A stretch of DNA of 64,000 nucleotides, taken from contig CAVUWV010000012.1 of NCBI GenBank assembly GCA_963745075.1, forward strand, positions 1-64,000, given 5' to 3'. The notes under the pieces are model-generated. The model saw nothing but the letters and a program-made list of their open reading frames with translations, had not been told where the DNA came from and ran no database searches. This document shows, in pieces, positions 39,807 to 50,297 of this stretch. The DNA comes from Candidatus Hydrogenedentota bacterium (lineage in GTDB: Bacteria > Hydrogenedentota > Hydrogenedentia > Hydrogenedentales > SLHB01). The position numbers and the translations under genes were made by a program. Each line of letters opens with the position of its first letter. Within the stretch, counting starts at the first letter, position 1.

Positions 39807-41069
39807 CTACTGAAGTTGCTCCTCGGGTTCCCGGTATAGCCGTCCGATAGCCGCCTTGATGGCGCTCTGGGTCGCCATGACGGGTCGCACCGACCGATTG
39901 CTGGCGCGTTCCACGTCTTCAATGGCGATTACGTTCAAGGGGTCCACCATGGCGAGGACGAGCGCGTCGTCGGTGACGCGAACCGGCACGCACCGGTGCT
40001 GCGTGGCAATCTTCGGCGTGATGAGTGCGGCCGCAGCGGGATCGACACTTTCTTCATTCAAGTGGACGTAAAGGACGCGGTGTTGGGCCGCGACCGCCTG
40101 CGCGGCCACCTCTTCGGCAACGGCGCCCTGGGCGACCAGGATATCCGTAATCGAACGGTCCGGTTCCGCAAATTGTTCGGAGACGGCCGAATCAAGTTGT
40201 TCCTGCGTGATCACGCCGGCTTCCAGCAACATCTCACCGAGTTGCCGTTTTTGAACTTCCCGGTCCACCTTCGGCCGTTTGGGCGTGGTGATCCGGTCCA
40301 TTTCGATGGCCTTTTCTTCCGCTTGACGGCGGACGCTCTCCAATTCCGCTCGAAGGGACGCGAGTTCTCCACGTGCGGTTTCGGCATCGCGGAGCGCGTC
40401 GGCCAGTTGTTGGGCAATAATGGCTTTCGTGCCGTTCGCCGTCTCCGCCTTTAATTGCCCTTCGAGTTCATCGGCGCGTTGCCGTTCCGCCTCCAGTAGA
40501 CGCTCGGCGGCACCCACCTTCTCCGCGGACAGACGCAACGCCTCGATTTCGTCATTGGCCTGGTCCAACTCGGTTTGTAGCTCGGCAAGCGCTTGTTCGG
40601 CATCGGCGGACTGTGTCTGTTGTGTCCCGAACGCTTCGTTTTCGGAGCGAAGCCGGGACACTTCCGCCTCGAACTCGTGCAGGCGATCGTGGGTTTGCCC
40701 CAATTCGGCGTTGCGTTGCTCGAGGTCCCGGACCAATTCGTCCACCCGTCGCCGGCCGGCCTGATGGGCCTCGGTCTGTTCGGACAATTGCCGTTCGAGC
40801 TGTTCGATTCGTTCCTGTTTGCCCGATGCGCTGGCCATACCGTCCGCGAACGCGTCGCGAAGGGCGGCGAGATCCTCGAAAACACGCTTGCGGAGCGCAT
40901 CGTCCGCCAGCTTTCGGTTGCGTACCGTTTCGGCCAGGAGTTCCATGCGGCGGGTAAGCCGGGCCAGGTGGGATCCAATCTCCTGGTCGGTGGCCTTGAG
41001 TTGGGATTCGTTCTCAGACAGGGCGGTTTCGATCCTGGCACAGAACTCGTCAAGGAATTGGTCGCTCAT
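39807..41069 (-). CDS. Coiled-coil protein with a C-terminal GspE/MshE N-terminal (MshEN-like) domain and no ATPase domain
   Basis: About 250 aa of heptad-rich sequence, then RQLGEMLLEAGVITQEQLDSA...AMVDPLN...VRPVMA. Confidence 0.8.
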   Translation of the reverse strand: MSDQFLDEFCARIETALSENESQLKATDQEIGSHLARLTRRMELLAETVRNRKLADDALRKRVFEDLAALRDAFADGMASASGKQERIEQLERQLSEQTEAHQAGRRRVDELVRDLEQRNAELGQTHDRLHEFEAEVSRLRSENEAFGTQQTQSADAEQALAELQTELDQANDEIEALRLSAEKVGAAERLLEAERQRADELEGQLKAETANGTKAIIAQQLADALRDAETARGELASLRAELESVRRQAEEKAIEMDRITTPKRPKVDREVQKRQLGEMLLEAGVITQEQLDSAVSEQFAEPDRSITDILVAQGAVAEEVAAQAVAAQHRVLYVHLNEESVDPAAAALITPKIATQHRCVPVRVTDDALVLAMVDPLNVIAIEDVERASNRSVRPVMATQSAIKAAIGRLYREPEEQLQ

Positions 41070-41250
41070 GTTCGCTCCCGCTTCGTTCTTCCCCAGCCCC
41101 CCGCATTCGGGGGTTCCGCGTCAACCTTCCCCATTGGGACGGCGGTTAGCCAACCGCCTGCACAGTTTACCTGTCCCGATCCAATTATACACGATACTTC
41201 GAGTTGCGAAACCCATGTATCTCAATATCTTGTTCCGGGCGGTCGGAAGG

Positions 41251-44200
41251 CTACGACACAATCTCGCAATTGGGAAGATCGTATTTGAGCAACGTCATGC
41301 CTTCTCGGGACACCTTCGTGCCTTCGATGCGTAGATACTTGAGGTTTTTGAGGTTACGAACTGCCGGGAGGCTGGCGTTGCTGATGGGGGCATTGACGAC
41401 GGACAGACGCTCCAGATTCGGAAAACTATCGAGGACGGACATGCCCTGGTCCCCGACTTTCACCGCATATAGACGCAATTCTCGAAGCTCGTGCATGCCG
41501 CGGAAATGCGTCATTCCCAAGTCGGTCAGCGCGGCATCCGCGACTGCCAGCAACCGGAGCCGCGTCATTCCGCGCAAATAGTCGAACCCAACATCCGTGA
41601 CGTTAGGGGCGGAAATATCGAGTTCGCGGAGTCCCTTGAGGTGCTGCAATTGACGAAGACTCTCGTCGGTGACTTCCTTACCGTATAAGACAACGGAGTA
41701 CAACGCATCGGGATCGAGTTGTTCGAGCGCCGACAGGTCTGCTGCCGTTTTGTAGTCCACAATCAGCTTAACCACGCGACCAGCGGGTATCGAAACTGCG
41801 CCCTGGGCATTTCCAAGGTTCTTCCATGCCTCGGGATCGTGCGAGTCCCAGGCCCGAGTTTGCAGTCGTCCCAGTGATGCGTTTCCCGCGAATCGGAGCG
41901 TGCGGGCCCCGGGGGCGACCTCCGGTTCTTCGACGGGGGGCGGAGCGGGAACGTATTCGGGTTCACTTTGAACGACGATCGCCGTGCCGGGCATTACTTC
42001 GCGAAGGGTGGTTAGCACGGTTTCGTCGGATCCAGCGCCGACGAACTCGATTTCACGAATTCCTTTGAGCGATGCAATCTGTTCCGCGAGTTCCGAGGTC
42101 AGGGAAGCGGCCGGAATCTGAATGGATTCCACGGTTCCCGGAGCGATTGCGGCGGACAAATCCGTGGACGCGACGCCTTCTTCCGTGAAAACTATTCGCA
42201 CGGCGGCGCCTTCGGGCGGTATCCAATCGCCCCGGGCGGGTCCGAATTCCACCCATGCGGCTCCGGGGTCGGTCCTCGGCCGTGTGTATAACGTCCCAAC
42301 CGGCACGTTTGTGGGAAAATGCAGTGCGGTTTGAACGGTATCTTCGTGGCTTGCCCCACGTGTGGATAGATAGGTTTCCCAAACCGGCGGCACGTACATG
42401 TACGCAGCAATCGCGGCCGCGGCCAAGACGCCCAATGTGGTCAAGACGGCTAATACCCCGACCTTCTTGTGGGCGCCTTCCTTGACGACGACAATCGGGG
42501 GGACGCGCGGCGCGGCATCGCGCTCAGCAAGGGCCGCCCGCAGTTCTTCCACCTCGCGCCGCGCCTTCTCCAGGGCTACCGCCTTTTCCTCCTGTTCGGT
42601 GCGCAAGCCTTCCAGTTCTTGCGTGATAGCCGCCTCGGTGGATGTGGTATCGGCGGCTTGGGCACGCAACGATTCCAATTCGGCCTGCAACGTCGCGATC
42701 GTCTCTTCGCTTTCCGCACTGTGCGCGGCCGCTGCCGAGGCTTCCAGCTCGCGTTCTTCCAATGCCGATCGCAGCGTATCGAGTTCGGCGCGCGCCTGAT
42801 CCAGCGCGTCGGACTTCGCGCTCTCCGCGGCGCGAAGTTGCTCAACCTCAGCCGCAAGACCCCGTTCGGATGATGTCACCTGTTCCGTCTGGCTCACCAG
42901 TTTATTGAGGGCCTCGCGGAGCGTGGCGATTTCATGTTCACGCTGCTCCCGATCCTTGGCGGCCTGCTGGAAGGCCTCTTCGTGTTGTACCAGTGTGTTT
43001 TTGAGGTTTGAAACCTCCGAGCGGGCATCTTCAAGGGCTTGGGACTTCTCTTCGACCGCGTGTTGCAGGCCGGCCACTTCTTCGGCATTGGCCTTCTCTC
43101 GCTCGGATGCCGTTTGAGCGCGATCGCGCAAGGTCGCGAGTTCGGATTGAAGTTTGGCGACCGCTTGGCCGCTGTCCGCACTGACTTGTTCCGCTCGGGT
43201 GACGGCCGATTCACGGTTTTCAAGGGATTTTCGAAGGGCATCGAGTTCAGCCCGTGCCGTTTCCAGCGCCCGTGCCTTTTCACTTTCGTTCGCACGGAGT
43301 TGGGCAACCTCGGCCGCCAACGACTGTTCCGATGTCGACGCGCGTTCCGCCTTATCCCGGATGGCGTCCAATTCGCCTTGCAGTTTTGCAATCGCTTCGG
43401 CGCTCTGGCTGCGATCCTGTTTTGCCGCAGAGACATCGCGTTCGCGTGTCTGGAGTGCGTCCTTCAGCGCTTCCATTTCGGCCCGCGCCCGCTCCAGTTC
43501 CTGAGCCTTCGACGACTCCCGGTTACGCAACTGGTCCAACTCGTGCGCTAATTCGGCTTCGGACGCGGTTGCCTTCTCCGCATCGCTTTGCAGAGATTGC
43601 AGTTCCTGGCGTAACTGCTCGGCGGCACGTTCGCTTTCAGCGTTGCGCGCTTCAGCGTCGGCAATGGCGGTTTCCCGTTCCTCGAGCGTGGCGCGCAGTT
43701 TCGCCATTTCCGCGCGCGCGTCTTCGAGTGCTTCCGTCTTGGCCGTTTCATTGGCCCGCAGTCGCTCCAGCTCCGACGACAGGGACGCCTCGGAGGACGA
43801 AGCTTTTTGCGCTTGATTCCGAATGGCCTCCAATTGGGCGCGCAGTTTTTCCGCGGCTTCCTCGCTGGCCTCGCTACGTTGTTCGGCGGCCTTGATGGCG
43901 GCCTCCCGGCCGGTCAGTTCCTTCCGGAGGGTTTCCAACTCGGTTCGAGCGGTCTCCAAGGCTTCGGTTTTCGCCGATTCATTGGCGCGAAGCCGCTCCA
44001 ATTCGGTCGAGAGCGCGGCCTCCGAAGACGAGGCTTGTTCGGCCTGCGACCGGATATCGGTGAGCTGACGGCGCAATTCTTCCGCGGCTTTTTCGCTTTC
44101 CGCGCTACGTTGTTCGGCAGCCTTAATGGCCGATTCTCGTTCGGACAGGGCGCCCCGCAGTGAATCCAACTCATGCCGGGCCTTTTCGAGCGCCTCGGCC

Positions 44201-44926
44201 TTGACGGTTTCATTGTTTCGGAGCCGCTCCAATTCCGCAGACAACGCTTGCTGGGAGGATGATGCCAGTTCGGCCCTTGCACGGAGCGCGTCCAGTTCCT
44301 TGCGCAGCGCCGCTGCTGCCTGTTGACTTTCCTCGCTGCGCTGCTCTGCCTCACGGATGGCCACCTCGCGGTCTGCGAGGGTGCCCCGAAGGGACTCCAT
44401 TTCGTTGCGGGCGCCTTCCAATTCGTTGCTGCGTTCTTGCTGGAGCGCGCGCAACTGTTCCAATTCGGTGGCCAATTGCAGCTCGGTCGTCGTCGCTTTG
44501 TCCGCCCGGGACCGCATCCCGTCGAGTTGCTCTTCAAGCGCGGCAATCCGCTCGCGCAAATTGACTTGTTCCGAGGCCTCCGTGCGCTTGCGCGCCACGA
44601 GTTCCTCGACTTCCGTGACAGCACGTTCCTGATCTTCGATGAGCTTGGACAGCGCCTGGAGTTGATCGTTGCCAAGGAACGTCCCGCATGGCGTCGAAGT
44701 CGGTTTGCGCGTCTCGAATCCGAACTTGGAGCAGCCGGCTGACCTTCTCCGCGTCATCCAGCAAACCCATAGTGGCAAGGCTGCGCATTCGCATGGTCAT
44801 TAATGCCGGGCTGTTGGGGAGGGATTGGTCAAGCTGGGTCAAAATGTCGAGCGCCCAGACGTGTGCGTCTGCGGCTTGCAGTCGAATTGCCTGTTCAAAC
44901 TTCTCTTCAATCGTGGGAAGTGCCAT
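41251..44926 (-). CDS. TPR-like N-terminus + long repetitive coiled coil + single TM + C-terminal leucine-rich repeats; one frameshift near 44684
   Basis: The ORF starting at 44926 (MALPTIEEKFEQAIRLQ) joins 41251-44778 if one G is removed (DFDAMR-TFLGNDQ). TM VGVLAVLTTLGVLAAAAIAAYMY. LRRs of the LRELDI/VTDVG type. Confidence 0.8.
42520..44530 (-). repeat. About 8.7 tandem 231-bp (77-aa, 11-heptad) coiled-coil repeats
   Basis: Unit such as TDIRSQAEQASSSEAALSTELERLRANESAKTEALETAR...EKLRAQL; CGCTACGTTGTTCGGC at 43872 and 44103 (offset 231). Confidence 0.85.
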
Positions 44927-45224
44927 TCACCATCATCCGTCGCGCGTTCGAGGTCGCCGTCCGCTGCGTGTTCTCTATCCAACGCTATTAGTTGTACCAT
45001 AATACGGGCGGCGGCGGACGCGGGCAATCTTCTTGTGCGCATTATTCATAGACCAGCGGATTCCTTGACTCCGGGGCCATGCGCTCCTACACTTAGCGCC
45101 AGTCGGCCAACGGATGCCTTCCTGCGGAAGGGTCGGGACTACTGGGGATGTGCGACGGCAACAGGGTACAACCGACGCGCGAGTTCCCTCCACAAGGGCC
45201 GAAGCATCGGGTGATCGCAACAGC

Positions 45225-46827
45225 ATGCTTGTTATTTCATGTGAATGTGGCCAGCGGATGAAGGGCCCCCCTACGCTTCTGGGGAAAACGGTGAAGTGTG
45301 TCCGCTGCGGCAAGCAAGTTGCGGTCACGAAGAAGAACACGGCTCCCTTGGCGGCCCCCTCCGGGGTGAATCCAGGGCACGGAGTCAGCGAAGGCCCCTC
45401 CCGAAAAAGCGCCCGTAGCGGAGTCCGCCCGGCATATCGGGCAGTTGTTGGTCGAAGACGGCGTATTGACGGGGGAGCAGATGCAGGAAGCCATCGCCGT
45501 TCGCGAACGGGAAGGCGGGCAGATTCTTCCGATTATCTTATCCCTCGGTTTTCTGGATAAGTTGACTCTCCACGACTACCTGTCCAAGAAGCCCGGTATC
45601 GCCAGCATCGATTTGAAGAGCTACTACATTCCCAAGGAACTGATTTCCCTCGTTCCGAAGGAAATCGCCCAGGAGTGTCTCGTCCTCCCCATTGACAAGT
45701 TGGGGCGGCTTCTCACGGTGGGGATGGCGTGTCCGTTGGACACGGACACGATCTACCGGTTGGAGGAGATCACCGGACTTACCGTCAAGCCGATGCTCTG
45801 CAAGCTCGACGATATTTTGGGCACGATCGACCGGTACTATCCCGGCGAAATCCAAGCCGAGGAACCGAAACCGCCTGCGTCACCGCCGCCACCTGAGCAG
45901 GCAGCGCCGCAGACGCCCAAAGATGATCGTCCGGCGGAAACTGCCCGACCGCCGGAGCCGCGCCCGCTGCCCGCGTCGGCGATGCCGGTCGTGCCGCTGC
46001 TGGCTGAAATCGGCGATCGTTTTGCCCGCATGGATGCGCTGCCGACGTTTACGGACACCGTGAACCGTTTACGAGAACGGGTGGATCACGGAAACGCGAC
46101 CGCGGTTACGGTGGCCGAGATCGTTCGGCTCGATCCCGCCATCGTTGCCAAGATTCTCAGTATTGCGAATGCGGGGCCCTACGGCATGGTTGGAAACGTA
46201 CAGGATACGAACCTTGCAGCCGCCCTTCTCGGAATCGACGGGGTTTGTGAACTGGCCATGTTGTCCGTGATCGCCGGCAATCAGTTCGACGCTCCTCCCT
46301 TGGACTACGAATCGTTTCTTCAGCGGTCCCGATTCTGCTCGGTCGCGGCATTTTCGCTGGCAGACCGGGTCGATCCGATGTTGCGTCACACGGCGCAGGT
46401 CACAGGTTTGCTTCACAGCGTGGGATCCCTGGCGCTTGCTTGCGCATTCCCGAAACGTGCGGCGGAATTGAGCGATGATGTGACTGCGTTCGAACGAATT
46501 TCGGATGAAACACGGTTGTTCGGAGTCGGACACCCCGAGGCGGGCGCATTGCTCGCCAAGGAATGGGGAATCCCGGAACCGGTCGAGCAAGCGCTTCGAC
46601 TGCATCGGGATCTGCCTGCGGCGGCTTCGGCGGGACCGTTGGCTGCCGTCACGGCGTTTGCGGCGATTCTCGCGGACGCGTTCATGGCGGACGAACCCGA
46701 GCCCGCGCATGCCATCCAGGAAGGCGAGCATCTGCTCAAATCGCTCGAAATCAGTGCAAAGGATGCCCTCCAAACGTTCAATCATGTGCGCTCCGCCATG
46801 AGGGACGGTCCAATTCCCGGTAACTGA
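45225..46827 (+). CDS. Zinc-ribbon + MshEN/GspE-N-like + HDOD domain protein; one frameshift near 45375
   Basis: MLVISCECG...KCVRCG. The next frame reads RHIGQLLVEDGVLTGEQM...GMACPLD, then a Pro linker, then HDOD motifs LPTF, DPAIVAKILSIAN, GLLHSVG, HPEAGALLAKEWGIP. Confidence 0.8.
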
Positions 46828-47556
46828 TTATACACAGACCAGAACCGGCTTTCGGGTGACAACGCCATCCACCTTGACGCCAAGCGTGTGCAATACTTCA
46901 CCGACGAGCGTGACGGCGCGCTTCGGCGACATCGTGGTCTTGAGGAGGCGTTCGTACAACAATGCCTCGGCGATGTTCGTGTACCAGTCGTTCACGTCTA
47001 CGCGGTAGGAGATTACCGCAGCCGCCTGGCTGACCTCTTTAATCGATTCGAGGACTTCGCGGTCCTGGCCGATCTGGCAGCACGAAAACAGCAGGATCTT
47101 GTCCCGCAGCCCCTTAAACACGTCGGCCTGTTTCACGAGATCCAGGTCGTCGAAGGTCAGGTGCAACATGGCGCTGCCGGGTTTTGGGCCCACGGTTCCG
47201 TGACTCATGATGTGGATGAAACGGGTCGAAGGGTTTTTGCCTTCCTGGCGCAGGAATTGACGCATGGAGTCGACCGTATGCACGCGTTCGTACAGCGCCT
47301 CAACGTCGAATGCGTAGAGCAGTTGCTGCATCATGGGACCGTAGGTCCGGTTCGACCGCAAGTTGCGATCCAGCCGCGTTTCGAGGATGAGGGACCGGTC
47401 GTGGGCGGAACGCAAGTTCCGAACGGATACCAGCAGGCGCCTTCCCGAATCTGTCACGACACGACGGGATGCATGCTCCACCCCGGTCACCCGGCCGCGG
47501 TGGTAGTCTCCATTCATCTTAAACAAGACACGTGTGTTGAAATCGTATTTTCGCAC
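46828..47556 (-). CDS. Hypothetical protein with a CHAT/caspase-like (clan CD) fold signature
   Basis: FIHIMSHG and ILLFSCC, spaced like the His-Gly/Cys dyad of CHAT domains; short beta-rich N-terminal extension. Confidence 0.6.
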   Translation of the reverse strand: MRKYDFNTRVLFKMNGDYHRGRVTGVEHASRRVVTDSGRRLLVSVRNLRSAHDRSLILETRLDRNLRSNRTYGPMMQQLLYAFDVEALYERVHTVDSMRQFLRQEGKNPSTRFIHIMSHGTVGPKPGSAMLHLTFDDLDLVKQADVFKGLRDKILLFSCCQIGQDREVLESIKEVSQAAAVISYRVDVNDWYTNIAEALLYERLLKTTMSPKRAVTLVGEVLHTLGVKVDGVVTRKPVLVCV

Positions 47557-47768
47557 GGATACTCGTCCTTACTTCATCTCCAAACCAGCGCGGACATCCC
47601 CGCGATTGGCGCGGTCCGGCCGGGTACTCCCAAACAGATAGATTATAAGCGAAGGCGGGGGAGTTCGGGTACTGCGCAAGCAGGGACTCGTTCGCACTGG
47701 CGGCGCGTCGCCCGAACGACTATACTCCGGCCTGGGGGGTGGCGGTTCCGGGGATTGGGAGACGGTTG

Positions 47769-48134
47769 ATGGAGAAGCACTTCGAACACCTGGGCGGGGA
47801 TGCGGGTATTGAGAGGCTCGTCACTTCCCTATATCAGCGTATATTGTCGGACGACCGGCTGGCTCCGTTTTTCGACGGAGTGGACATGAACCTGCAACGA
47901 CGGAAGTTTCGGTCTTTTCTGCACACGGTGTCGGGCGGCCCGCAATCCCGCACTTCGATCGAACTTCGATCGGCGCACTCACAGGCAGTGGACCGTGGGT
48001 TGGAAGATTCGCACGTCGATCTCTTTGTCGGTCATTTCCAGCAGACACTTGATGATGCGGACGTTCCCACACATATCGTCGATGATGTCATGGTCGAGAT
48101 CGCCCGTACGCGGGAAGACGTGCTTGGTCTCTAG
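47769..48134 (+). CDS. glbN: Group 1 truncated haemoglobin
   Basis: FEHLGGDAGIERLV..LYQRILSDDRLAPFF, GGP, ELRSAH. Confidence 0.85.
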   Translation: MEKHFEHLGGDAGIERLVTSLYQRILSDDRLAPFFDGVDMNLQRRKFRSFLHTVSGGPQSRTSIELRSAHSQAVDRGLEDSHVDLFVGHFQQTLDDADVPTHIVDDVMVEIARTREDVLGL

Positions 48135-48464
48135 TTCCGGCGGCCCGCGTATCGCCCTCATGCACTCATGCCGGTTTTCGGCGTCAACACGCTATTTTGA
48201 TTCGCAATATTCCGGAAAATGCGTTAGACTCATTGAGAAATGGTGCGGTCACCGGTTGTCCTAGCCGGGAAATCTCACACGCGCCAAACATTGGATCTGT
48301 AACCCCAATCCGCTTCGGGTGTTCACATGTTGGTCCGAGCTTTTTGGGCGGACAGAGTGCGTGTGCGAATTTCTCAACAATGAGCCTACAGTTTTTCTCG
48401 AAAGCGTTTCTCACCGCACCCAACGTACCGGTCTGCAAAACGGATGATTTTCGGGCGGTGAGAA

Positions 48465-50297
48465 ATGCGGACTAGAGGTGCGGTTTTGCGGTGTCTTCCC
48501 GGAATGAGTTCCGCGCGAACGGGAATTCCAACCCTGCCGGTAGTGTGTTTCGCCTGCGCGTTACTGGTGTGCTCGCCGGTGGTTGCCGGATCTGAAGCGA
48601 CTGGATTGCACTACGAGGTGCGGTGGCAGGGAAAATTGGAAGACGCACTGCGGAAGACACTGGAGCAAAACTCGGACACGGTAACCTACCGCGATCGGTT
48701 GCCCGCGAGCCTCACGCATCTTCGTCGCAGGGTCAGCCGCGACGTGGAACGCTTCACACGGATCCTTCACGCGCAGGGCTACTATGACGCGACGATTGAC
48801 GAGGATATCAGCACCGCCGAGTCCCCCTTCGTCGTCGAATTTCGCGTCGATCCCGGACCTCAATACACGTTTCGGAAGATCGATGTGGCAGCCACCAGCA
48901 AGGTGTCGTTTGCATGGCCGACACCGAGCGCGCTCGATCTGCCGCCAGGAACTCCGGCGTTGTCAAAAGCGGTCGTTGATGCGGAGGGGCAATTGCTGGC
49001 TTGCGCGAAAACCTTCGGCCACCCCTTTCCATCGGTCGCGAATCGATCCGTGGTTGTCGATCGCGAAAGCCGGACGGTCGACGTTACCTATACCATTGAC
49101 CCCGGACCACTCGCACAATTCGGTCCAACGACAGTAGACGGCCTGAACGCGGTAAAGGAAGAGACCGTGCGCCGGGCAATCGCATGGCAGGAAGGGGAAC
49201 CGTACGACGCCAAGCTGATCTCGGAGACGCAGGATCGTTTATACGCGCAAGAACTGTACTCGATGGCACGGGTTATCACCGGCGACACACTCGATGCCGA
49301 GGGGCGCGTCCCCATGCGGATTCGCGTTGTCGAGCGCAAACACCGGACGATCTCGCTTGGCGCGGGATTCGATACCGATGGCGGACCCAACGTGCGTGCG
49401 GGTTGGGAACACCGCAATATCGACGGCCTCGGTCACAAGCTAACGCTGCAGAGCAAACTGTCGGGCGACTCGCAGGATGCCGAAGCCCGTTTCTTGATCC
49501 CGGGATGGCGGCGTGACGATCAGACGTTACGGTTGCAACTCCGTCTTGGCGCCGAGTCGCCGGAAGCGTACGACAGCCGGTATGCGGGCGCCGGCGTGAC
49601 CGTGGAACGGAAGCTGGGTCCTCGCTGGACCGTGGGTGCGGGCGTGGCGTTCCGGTACAGCCTCCAGGAGCAGAAGCGCCTGGATGAAATCTATCATCTC
49701 CTGTCGTTTCCGTCCTATGCGTTGCGAGACACGACCGACAATTCCATGGATCCCAAACAAGGGTCGCGGCTTGATTTGCGCGCGGAACCTTTCGTGGAAG
49801 TTACGGACCCCACCGTTTCGTTCCTGCGTGGCAGCGTGGAATGGCGCGGCTACCGTGCCTTGGATGAAGATGGATACTGGGTGATCGCGGCACGGCTTAA
49901 ACTAGGCACGATTCTGGGCGCCGGCTCGGACGCGATTCCGCCCGATGAGCGGTTTTACGCCGGGGGCGGCGGGTCGATTCGAGGTTTTGCCTACAAAACG
50001 GTGAGTCCGTTGAAGGGCGACGACCCCATCGGCGGCCGCTCGCTGACGGAAGCCAGCATCGAATTGCGCCGGCGGATCACCGAGCAACTTGGCGCCGTGG
50101 TCTTCGTTGATGCCGGAAACGCGTTCTCAACGTCAATACCGGATTTTGGAGAAGAACTTCGCGTCGGTGCAGGCGTGGGCGTTCGCTACTTCACACCGAT
50201 CGGTCCGCTACGCATCGACGTAGCCGTCCCCTTGAATCCACGCGAAGAGCTGGATGACCGTTTCGGAGTTTACGTCAGTTTTGGACAAGCCTTCTGA
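48465..50297 (+). CDS. tamA: TamA / Omp85 family outer-membrane protein
   Basis: POTRA-like AQGYY, RFYAGGGGSIRGF, GVGVRYFTPIGPLRIDVA, terminal GQAF. Confidence 0.9.
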   Translation: MRTRGAVLRCLPGMSSARTGIPTLPVVCFACALLVCSPVVAGSEATGLHYEVRWQGKLEDALRKTLEQNSDTVTYRDRLPASLTHLRRRVSRDVERFTRILHAQGYYDATIDEDISTAESPFVVEFRVDPGPQYTFRKIDVAATSKVSFAWPTPSALDLPPGTPALSKAVVDAEGQLLACAKTFGHPFPSVANRSVVVDRESRTVDVTYTIDPGPLAQFGPTTVDGLNAVKEETVRRAIAWQEGEPYDAKLISETQDRLYAQELYSMARVITGDTLDAEGRVPMRIRVVERKHRTISLGAGFDTDGGPNVRAGWEHRNIDGLGHKLTLQSKLSGDSQDAEARFLIPGWRRDDQTLRLQLRLGAESPEAYDSRYAGAGVTVERKLGPRWTVGAGVAFRYSLQEQKRLDEIYHLLSFPSYALRDTTDNSMDPKQGSRLDLRAEPFVEVTDPTVSFLRGSVEWRGYRALDEDGYWVIAARLKLGTILGAGSDAIPPDERFYAGGGGSIRGFAYKTVSPLKGDDPIGGRSLTEASIELRRRITEQLGAVVFVDAGNAFSTSIPDFGEELRVGAGVGVRYFTPIGPLRIDVAVPLNPREELDDRFGVYVSFGQAF

